Made by a program: the position numbers and the translations under genes
Notes under the pieces: generated by a model
The model's input: only the letters and a program-made list of their open reading frames with translations
Told to the model about the DNA's origin: nothing
Database searches by the model: none
Shown here: in pieces, positions 26,196 through 35,454 of the stretch
How the letters are laid out: each line of letters starts with the position of its first letter
Position numbering within the stretch: the stretch's first letter is position 1
Assembly: GCA_046563655.1 (NCBI GenBank)
Contig: CM102287.1
Coordinates: 7,502,001 to 7,566,000, forward strand
Source: Yuukianura sp. NJ FZ-2021
Taxonomy: Eukaryota
DNA: 64,000 nucleotides
Direction: 5' to 3'

Positions 26196-27882
26196 ATGAA
26201 TGGTCAATGGTTGATACTTGGCGTTGTACTGTTAACAAGCATATACGGTGTCCCACCTTCCTCTGGTTAGTTTGGTAACTTTTTTTTTAAATTACCCTAA
26301 CACAAGTTGTAATTTTTAGAATTTTCATGTTTAACTTAACCAAAATCTACTATTTTTCGCAGCATCCGGACATGGATTGTGTGGGCAAGCGAAACCTGAC
26401 ACGAAAAAAACCTGCATCAGTGTCCGCCTTCCCTGGAAAGCCGAGCCAATCTACTTCTGCACTGGTAACTGATATTCTTCAAAGAGTAAACTGGAGCATG
26501 AGCTTCATTTTTGGAAATTTTGTTTTAAAGTTCGTATTAAAATTTTCAGAAAAGGAGAATGTGAAATACGAAAAGAAATGCCCAGAGTCACATAAGTGCT
26601 TGCAAACGCAATGGAGCAACGTCACGCTGCTGATAGCCACGCCATGGGACTGTTGCCCCATAGCTTCCAAACCAAGTATACAAATAAACCACGTTCAAAC
26701 TTTCCAAAATTTTGAGTTATGCTGATTCTGAAGTTAAGCAAAAATTTTAAGGTTCCTTGAGGAGAACCGAATAGTGCTCCTAAAATAAGTTGTCCAACAA
26801 CTCGAGATTTTCAAAAATTTCGAGAAAAAAAAATGTTTTCCTCCAATTTTCGTACAATTTACACAACACGTAAATAATTATCATAGAAAGCTGCAGGAGA
26901 AAATTTTTTACAAATTGTTTAAGAATTCTGAAAACATTCAACTTTTGGACAACCTGGTGTAGGAAAAACTTTTACGCTTGTTGACGAACCTTAAAAATTC
27001 TTTCTAGGTAACTGTGAAAACGTCTTTTGTCCTCCGAAACCGCATAACCGTACTTGCGTGACGTTGAAGAAGCGGTACTTAGGCGGATGTTGTCCATCGT
27101 ACTTCTGTGAGGAATCTACTGACCCCGAGGAGACATGTAACTTCAAGGCCCTCGAACCTAGTTGTCATGCGCCGCCAAAGGACAAGACCAAATGCATTGG
27201 GTTTGTTGACCACTACGGTTGTTGCACAAAGTACCAGTGCGAAGGGGGTAAGATAACGGCGTAGATTTCAAATTAAGCTATGATTCAAAGTCCATTTTGA
27301 AAAATGTTTTTAAAAACTTATCCAAAATTTCCGTGAATGTTAAAAATTGTTATATGAGAACAGTTTTGTTGAGTAGAAGGAAAACCTGGAACATGTCCAG
27401 CACATTACCAAATCCCACCGAATGGCTATGTTCCCAATCCAAGGAATGTGGGCCAAGCAAACTTATATGATCGACAGATGAACATGCAAGACCATCCGGC
27501 CATCAACAACGCGTTACGGAAACAATTATTATTGGTGAAGCACTTTACACACCAGTCGCTCCACTGCATCGGAGACTGGAACTGTCCAGGCGACATGAAG
27601 TGTTGTCCAGTAGCTTACTCCGTCAGTTACGGCGTGTATCCAACTCGTGACAGTTCCGCCAGTAGTTTCTATACGACTCCGACTCCTACAACTGAACCGG
27701 ATGGTGACAGCAACAGCATCTTCTACGACTCCAGAGCCACTTATGGATACTGTACTCATCCGGCAAAGAAAGGGCATGGCAGGGGATCTGGACGTAACAA
27801 AAACAAAAGACCCATTACGCCTTCACCGGAAAAAACTGAAGATCATACTGAAGATCATACCGAAGAAGATGCGGAACAGTAA
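26196..27882 (+). CDS. Secreted cysteine-rich protein with CC-containing modules and an interrupted WAP-like domain
   Basis: Exons 26196-26265, 26363-26464, 26550-26675, 27008-27247, 27377-27882, all phase-1 introns. Signal peptide MNGQWLILGVVLLTSIYG. KPGTCP...CIGDWNCPGDMKCCP...GYCTHP. Confidence 0.75.
26748..26993. mobile_element. MITE related to the CAAGGTTC family, in intron 3 of the Cys-rich gene
   Basis: Ends TAAGGTTC / GAACCTTA; internal IR GTTGTCCAA / TTGGACAAC; shares TTGGACAACCTG-TGTAGGAAA with copy 2. Confidence 0.7.
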
Positions 27883-28654
27883 AATGTTTGCTGCTGTTAT
27901 AAAAAGATCAAAATTGTATAATTCTGCATGGTTTTTGGTAATCATGCTACCCATTAAACTTCATTATCTTAATTACGATTAAACTCTTTAAAAACCCAAT
28001 GCGTTGTTTAATTATGCTATAAATCGGGTAGTCACGGAAGAAAACCTGACTTATTACGTTAGCCGAACCTCTTACCTCTAGCACTATGAAGTCAGAAAAT
28101 GACCTCTAAAAAATATTTATCTCCGAAAAAGAATTTTTGTCCATATCACTTCGAAATATTAACTGCCTAGTTAAGGAAAAAAAAAGGAGTTTCGATATTT
28201 GATTAAACCTTGCATAACACTTAATTAAACACGCCGAGACTCGTAGAAAATGGATAGCCATAATAGCTTTCCGCAGTATATTGTTGGTAGTTACACACTA
28301 AAAATTTATGACCCCTGGTTTCATTTCAAGCTAAGAATATCTACACAGGACTAGACGCTATTATGGCCAATCTTCCAAATCGAGCTTTATTAGCTTCAAT
28401 TTATGCCGAAGAACACAAAATAAACTAACATAATCAACCGCAGCGCGGCTTACTGTTAACAAAATCAATTTCAATTTCAGTCTCTTTTAGTCGAGCCAGG
28501 GATGTCGGTGTAGCTGTAGCTCCAGGCTTTCACTTTATTAAAAACTTATCTCTTTAACTCGTACACCTCAAAAAACTAGAATTTTAGTTCCAAAATTTGT
28601 ATTAAATGCTAACATTGTATACGTTTTACTTAAAACTCACACCGTACAAATAAA

Positions 28655-30189
28655 ATGCTATCGGAAGAAGTAGTTGCCGCCTTTAGTAACTTTATGGCGC
28701 GAAATACCAAGCTGTACATTATACCTGGCTATTGGCGTAGGGAAGACAGGGAGTTTGTGCCGAGTACGAAGCGACATAGAGTATTTATGGCGTTCTGGGC
28801 AATGTTTAAATTACTATCCGTGATTTGGTTTGACTGCGCGTATGGGTACATGGTACTCCAATATCTGCAACAGCCCTCTGGTGTCGTCAAATCGTTCTTA
28901 CCTGCCGTCATGCTATGCGGGATTAACAGTTGTGTTGTAGCAGGCGTGACGATTTATGGGTATCAGACAGAAGTAGAACAATTCATTCATGGCTTCCTGC
29001 GACTCAACAAATCTCTGAGTAAGCTAAGTTCACATTTCCCGAGTTTTGAAAAACTTTTTATGAAGTTAAAATCATGTACGAAAATGGAAAATATGTAAAA
29101 ATGACAGTATAAAATATGAAGTATGTAAAATTACGAAGTTTTTATGATGTTTGGTTAATATTTTCTGTAGTGAATCTTTTGAACGCTGACGAAAAACTTG
29201 CCCCAAGTCAACGCCTGATGCGTCAATTTTTTCATCTTGCCGACGTTGCCATCATTTTTGGAACAGTGGCCATGGCATTCTTGTGGATACGGAATTACTT
29301 GAACATTAACGCTTACGTATTTTACTTTGGCGAGAATGTTGGCGTACATGCCTACAACGTATTCATTATGTCATTTATACATATGACATGGCATACTTGG
29401 TTCCAGTTGGTCACAGTCAACTTTCTCTACTTACTCAGCATGTACAATTGGCTTCAGGAAATCCTGTAGGTTTCTAAAAACCAGAGCTGCCAAAAATATT
29501 TAGTTCCCATGCCTGTAACGTTAAGAAAATCAATATTTCGTGCATGTTTGTTACGAATTATTTATTTATTTTTCCATGCTTTTAATATTAAATATTTTGA
29601 GATTTTTCAGTAAATATCGTATTTATTTAGATGTTTTACTGTTCTAAGTAAATATTTTTGGCAGCCCTGCTAATAACAATCATTTAAAAAATTCTCCATG
29701 AATTTTATAATTTGCAGAAAGCAAACTAAAGACGGGAGATTGGACTTTACAAAAACACTGAAAGTGTTCAGACACGTACGCGTAATGCAAACCCTTCATA
29801 GCAACGCCTTTTCAACATTTTACTTTCCGGGGAGCATGACTCTTGCTCAACTCTGCGTCATATCACCTATGGCTACCATGATTCTGTTCTATAATCAAAT
29901 TGGCCCGATCCCTATCATATTTCTCTCCATGTGTGTCTGTATTCAGTCTTTCATGATCATTATTATCACAACTGCATCGAGCCACATCACCGAAACTTCG
30001 GCAAAAATTCTCGAGCAGATGAAACAATCTCGAAATGTCGGACGTGCTGTAATGCGGCGTCACCTTAAACCACTTCGGAAAATACGTATTTACATTGGAT
30101 CTTTCTACTTTGTAGATCCAGGCACACTCCTTGTAACAATGGACAAAGTTGTAGGCAACATAATTAACATTGTACTAACCTACAAATAA
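28655..30189 (+). CDS. Second divergent gustatory-receptor-like 7TM chemoreceptor
   Basis: Exons 28655-29018, 29171-29465, 29718-30189. C-terminus RHLKPLRKIRIYIGSFYFVDPGTLLVTMDKVVGNIINIVL. Same three-exon, phase 1/phase 2 layout as the gene at 11971-13386. Confidence 0.7.
29482..29669. mobile_element. 188-bp hAT-like MITE in intron 2 of the second GR-like gene
   Basis: TIR CAG(A/G)GCTGCCAAAAATATTTA at both ends; 8-bp TSD CTAAAAAC / CTAATAAC. Confidence 0.85.
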
Positions 30190-30540
30190 TTTGTAGGACT
30201 AAAAGTTTGACGGGAAAGCGATTTCTCATGCGTAGGCTCCTTGCATAGGTTTAACCACATTTGTATCATTTCTGATATTAAACTAAATTTCAATGTAATT
30301 AAATAATTTATCGAATTCTTTTGAAATTGATGTAAATTAACAACACCAACCGTATTGAATTTTTCTGTAACAAGAGAATTGGCTTGGTGTGCAAAACTAT
30401 TTTAGCGTAGCATCTTCCGCCCGCGTACTCAAGGTTACGTTCTTAACTATTGTTTCTCTAATTTTAGAATTCATTATTCTTCCTTATTATTAGGATAGGT
30501 TAATAATAGTTATTAACGGTTAGTATTATTTATATCGTGT

Positions 30541-30919
30541 ATTATTACTATTATGTGTTCATTTATATTATTTGTTTTCAGAGTATTCAGAGGATTTAGT
30601 GTCGTACCAGCATTCCCTAGTTTGACTTACAAAAAGCTTTTAACTTCCTCATGTGCCACTACAACTTGCGGGCATAATTTTGAATAAATTGTTAAATTTA
30701 TTATTGAGACTACGTACAACACAGTACACAATACACAACTACAAGGTGAAGAGTCAGTCAGCTGTTAGAAAGTTTTTACGTAATTAAAACTGAGTTTGTA
30801 TTACTACTCTTATTCAAATATTTTTTTGTTAATAAATAAACATTAAAATATTCTATCAGTTTTGCCCAAATCTATCAACCTGGTAGGGAATGGTGGAGGT
30901 GGAACCTTTAGTTGAGTTG
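30541..30919 (+). repeat. Diverged direct repeat, copy A (paired with 34525-34894)
   Basis: Colinear similarity from ATTATTACTAT through TACCAGCATTCCC, ACAAAAAGCTT and ATCTATCAAC to TAGTTGAGTTG. Confidence 0.85.
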
Positions 30920-31644
30920 AAGGGCCACTTTTCAATTAATGTTCAAGCAGTTTGTGACGGGGATCTGAATTTCACAAATCTTGTAGCCCGATGGTACGGA
31001 TCAGCACATGATAGTAGAATCTTTGATAATTGCATCTTATCGCTGAAGTTGGAAAATCAAGAAGTACCCGGAATACTAGTTGGGGATTCTGGCTATGCCT
31101 TAACGCAGAATCTCATGACTCCTCTAAAAAATCCAAAAACGAGACCTGAACTTAGGTTAGCAAAATAGTTATGAATTTGATTTGTGTTCACATTTAATTT
31201 TGCAGTGGTGTAGTTTAAATTTAGTTTTTAGGTTCTAAAATTTCAGGTTCAATTTTTAAATTTAATTTGTAATTTCAAAATTTTAGGTACCAAAAAACTC
31301 ACATCAAGACCCGAAATTGTATTGAACGGTGTTTTGGAGTATGGAAAAAACGATACCCCTGTCTGAACCACTTGAGGCTGAAGCTAAACACTTGTCTCGT
31401 TGTTATTACTGCTTTAGCAGTTCTACATAACATCTCAAGGTAGTTATACATAACTTTTAATTACATGAACTCATACTGCTCAATACAATTTCAGCTAATA
31501 TTTATGAAATCTTTTAGGAAACGAGCCGACATTCATGAAAATGACTACTTCCAACCGGAAGAAGATGAGGAGTTGGATAATGCTGAGTTCACGGTTGCTG
31601 GGAGGGCTAAACAGCAAGCAATCATTAACACTTATTTTGCCTAA
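30920..31644 (+). pseudogene. 5'-truncated Harbinger transposase (HARBI1-like)
   Basis: Exons 30920-31155, 31287-31439, 31518-31644: KGHFSINVQAVCD, WYGSAHDSRIF, LVGDSGY, RNCIERCFGVWKKR, LHNI. N-terminal HTH and first catalytic Asp (IDGTH-type motif) are absent. Confidence 0.85.
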
Positions 31645-31716
31645 ATGAATTAATACTTTGTTTTTTATTTAGATCATCAATCTAAGAAATACAGTAATGA
31701 TTTTTAGCAAATGTAA

Positions 31717-32867
31717 TTACTTATCGAGGGCTTTTTCCAGAATTTTGAGTTCAAGGTCGTATTTTGCTTCTTCAAATGCCATTTTGTTTCTGTTCATGTC
31801 ACGCCGAATGACAGCATCTTCGTATTCTATACGAAGTGTTTTCAGTCTTAGCTGGTGTTCCTCGTATTCCATGTCCACCAAACTGCTTCTTGGGTCCTTT
31901 TCTCTTTTCCGTTTTGTTATAGTTGGTGTTTCTGCAAACAGAAAATTACAGGTAGCATTATCCTTCGGTTGTTGAATTCAAAACTACGCTATAACTTAAG
32001 TACATACCTCCAATTCTGGTTTTCACTGTCGCTAACGTACTGACCGGAATATCACTTTGGATAACGGTGCCGTCTTCGTCATAAAGAAGCACTTCCTGGG
32101 ATTCGTTGTTGGTAACGTCTTTGGTTAAAAAAGTTTAAATTAGTAAATTTGAATTATCGCTATGATTTAGTTTAGGTTTTTAATTTTTACCTTCGTTCAT
32201 GTTGCTGACATGGTTTGGAACGTCCATACTATCGAGATTGTCTGAAATATTAAATAAAGTTTATAATAATACGGAGTTTGTTATAAACATACAAAGCAAT
32301 TCCTAAAGTAAAAATTTCAAAATTACCATACACTCCATCCGAATCAAATTTGTTTTCCAACGATTTCATTTGGCTTGGGACGAGAGACATAATCCGTATA
32401 GTTTCTGGTTTCAAGTCCGGCGTTTTCTTTCCACCTCCAGTTTTGTAAAGTTTTTTACGATGTGTTGAAACCTATTTTTGATGTTAAAAGAAAAATATTA
32501 AATCCAATGATCTGAATTACACTAATTCCAAAACGGTATTTACGATATCATGCCGTACGTCTTCTTTTGCCCGTTTCTTGGAGTTCAACCACCAGTTCTT
32601 CAATTGAGGTGCTGACCGCTTCTGGACACCATTGTCACTCGAAAATTTTGAGCTAATTTTTGTCCAGATTTCTTTTTTCTTATTGTTTGTTCCGTAGTCT
32701 GTTCGTTTGTCCTCAATGATTGCTTTGTGCTCAGTTACCAGCTCGAGTAGCAAAGTCTTTTCGTATTCAGAAAATGGTTTAGCCTTCACTACCCATGAAC
32801 AGCTTCCAACTTCTTCTTCCAGTTGGGAATGTTCGTTTTCAGAGTCACTACCTAACTGTTTTGCCAT
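31717..32867 (-). CDS. Harbinger Myb/SANT-like DNA-binding protein
   Basis: FSEYEKTLLLELV...IIEDKRTD...KKEIWTKISSKF...QLKNWWLNSKKRAK, then KTGGG motif in exon 2 (starts 32471), small middle exons, coiled-coil last exon (31931-31717). No disruption seen. Confidence 0.85.
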
Positions 32868-33226
32868 TAGAGCTAGTTATTTAATAAATACGAATTAGCA
32901 AAATTAAGTAAAAATTAGAAAAAATTAGTAATGACTTCGGTTTGGCAATACTTCCAGATTTCAATTTCACACACAGCTGCGATTAGTTAGTAAATTCTAG
33001 TTGTCACATTTTTCGTCACTACTGCTGAAGTTAATAGGTGAAGGAAAATGTGACAAGTGGAAACTAACCTTCGGTTAACCTGACTTTGACCGTCAGGTTA
33101 GCTAGCCTCGGTTCACTTTTTCATTAAAAATATGAAACTTACTGTGACCTTGCGGTTAAGGTAAAGCCCTGGTTAGGTGAACCGTGGTCAACCCTTACTT
33201 TGACTTTTTCATTAAAAATACCACCC

Positions 33227-34304
33227 TATGTTGTCAATATGTTGTGACTATGTTGTGGCTATGTTGTGACTATGTTGTGGCTATGTTGTGACTATGTTGG
33301 GACTATGTTGTGGCTATGTTGTGACTATGTTGTGACTATGTTGTGGCTATGTTGTGGCTATGTTGTGGCTATGTTGTGACTATAGTGTGGCTATGTTGTG
33401 GCTATGTTGTGGCTATGTTGTGACTATAGTGTGGCTATGTTGTGGCTATGTTGTGGCTATGTTGTGGCTATGTTGTGACTATAGTGTGGCTATGTTGTGG
33501 CTATGTTGTGGCTATGTTGTGGCTATGTTGTGACAATGTTGTGACAATGTTGTGGCTATGTTGTGACTATGTTGTGGCTATGTTGTAACTATGGTGTGGC
33601 TATGTTGTGGCTATGTTGTGACTATGTTGTGGCTATGTTATGACTATGTTGTGGCTATGTTGTGGCTATGTTGTGACTATGTTGTGACTATGTTGTGGCT
33701 ATGTTGTGGCTATGTTGTGGCTATGTTGTGACTATAGTGTGACTATAGTGTGGCTATGTTGTGGCTATGTTGTGGCTATGTTGTGACTATAGTGTGGCTA
33801 TGTTGTGGCTATGTTGTGGCTATGTTGTGACTATAGTGTGGCTATGTTGTGGCTATGTTGTGGCTATGTTGTGGCTATGTTGTGACAATGTTGTGACAAT
33901 GTTGTGGCTATGTTGTGACTATGTTGTGGCTATGTTGTAACTATGGTGTGGCTATGTTGTGGCTATGTTGTGACTATGTTGTGGCTATGTTATGACTATG
34001 TTGTGGCTATGTTGTGGCTATGTTGTGACTATGTTGTCAATATGTTGTGGCTATGTTGTGGCTATGTTGTGACTATGTTGTCAATATGTTGTGACTATGT
34101 TGTGGCTATGTTGTGGCTATGTTGTGGCTATGTTGTGACTACGTTGTGGCTATGTTGTGACTATGTTGTCAATATGTTGTGGCTATGTTGTGACTATGTT
34201 GTAGCTATGTTGTGACTATGTTGTGACTATGTTGTGACTGTGTTGTGACTATGTTGTAGCTATGTTGTGACTATGTTGTGACTATGTTGTGACTGTGTTG
34301 TGAC
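33227..34304. repeat. 11-bp satellite TATGTTGTG(G/A)C, 98 units
   Basis: 1078 bp = 98 x 11 with phase kept; variant units TATAGTGTGGC, AATGTTGTGAC, TATGTTGTAAC, TATGTTGTCAA. Confidence 0.97.
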
Positions 34305-34524
34305 TATTTTGGAAAATTATATTTAAAAAAAATTATCCCAACACTATATGGACCTTTGATAAACGATTTGTGTATGACAAATAGTATAAAATTTGCAAAA
34401 ATGCCACTTTTTTTGGCAAAATCTTAGAATATTTTGCTAAATATTTTTCATATTTTTTTTCAAGAAATATTTTTTAAAAATATAAAAATATGTAATATGT
34501 AAGAAAATATGTTTTGCCCCTCTG
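34305..34524. mobile_element. Right arm of the satellite-bearing element, ending TTTTGCCCCTCTG
   Basis: Aligns with 13887-14097; similarity stops just after CCTCTG. Confidence 0.8.
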
Positions 34525-34894
34525 ATTATTACTATCGTGTACATTTATTTTGTTTGTTTTCAGACTATTCAGAGGATTAGTATAGTACCAGCATTCCCAA
34601 GTTTGTCTTACAAAAAGCTTCTAACGTCTTCATTCGCGACTACAACTTGTGGGCATTTTTTGAATAAATCGTTGAATTTATTATTAAAGCTATAAGTACA
34701 ACTACAAAGTGACAGTTTTAGTCAGCCGTTACAAAGTTTTAATTAAAAGACTGAATTTGCATTACTGCTTTCCTTCAAATATTTTTTTTTGTTAATGAAA
34801 GCATAACAAAATACAAAATTTGGGTTTTGCTTTTGCCGAAATCTATCAACTTGGTAGGGTAGGCTGGAACCGGCTGGAACCACTAGTTGAGTTG
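34525..34894 (+). repeat. Diverged direct repeat, copy B (paired with 30541-30919)
   Basis: Colinear with copy A, with scattered substitutions and indels. Confidence 0.85.
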
Positions 34895-35454
34895 CACACA
34901 AATGCTGGGTTGAAGTTAGGTCTGTAGCCCCGTGTAACCATCCAGTTTGTACCTAGTACTAACTTAACTGCAGTAGCGGGTTACAACGAGTGGCTGCATA
35001 TGTTGCCACTTCAGTCAGGTTTGGGTAGATTAGAGGTGTTACAAATGTTGCCACCCAGTTTAGGTTAGCCGCCTATTATAGTCATACGACAAGATGGCCA
35101 GAATGGTTAGGCTACATTGATCAAAGCTATTCCGTACTTGAACACAAGTAGTAGTAAACAATTCAAAAGGTTAGAAATTCTACTTCTCATTGAATTCGAA
35201 AATTTTTTTAATTAACAGAGCAGGGTTGATAATTAACTTGTTTTACTTTTCAGCACAATTTGGACACTTCTTCAAGTGTACTAAGCCAATAACTTCGTAG
35301 TGACTCCTGTACCAACGAGTTCACCTATCATCGTCAGTAATTGTCGTCTAATCAATCAATGTTGAATTTTGAATCTGATCTGCTGTGACTCTGGTTCTGA
35401 CATGCAAAATGCCGAAATAAGCACAGCCCATTGTTGAATGTTGATAATTTCACT

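Larger units (their letters stand above)
30920..33226. mobile_element. PIF/Harbinger DNA transposon, left end deleted
   Basis: Convergent DDE_Tnp_4-type transposase and Myb/SANT gene. Right terminus ...CATTAAAAATACCACCC (reverse complement GGGTGGTATT...). Subterminal 18-bp direct repeat ACTTTTTCATTAAAAATA at 33115 and 33203. Confidence 0.88.

Noticed and set aside
33943..34215. Cys-rich ORF MLWLCCDYVVA (also 13723-14058)
   Set aside because: Simple translation of the 11-bp satellite.
33227..34304. Repeat array next to a nuclease gene, as a possible CRISPR-like system
   Set aside because: Units are contiguous 11-mers with no unique spacers, and the nuclease is a truncated Harbinger DDE transposase.
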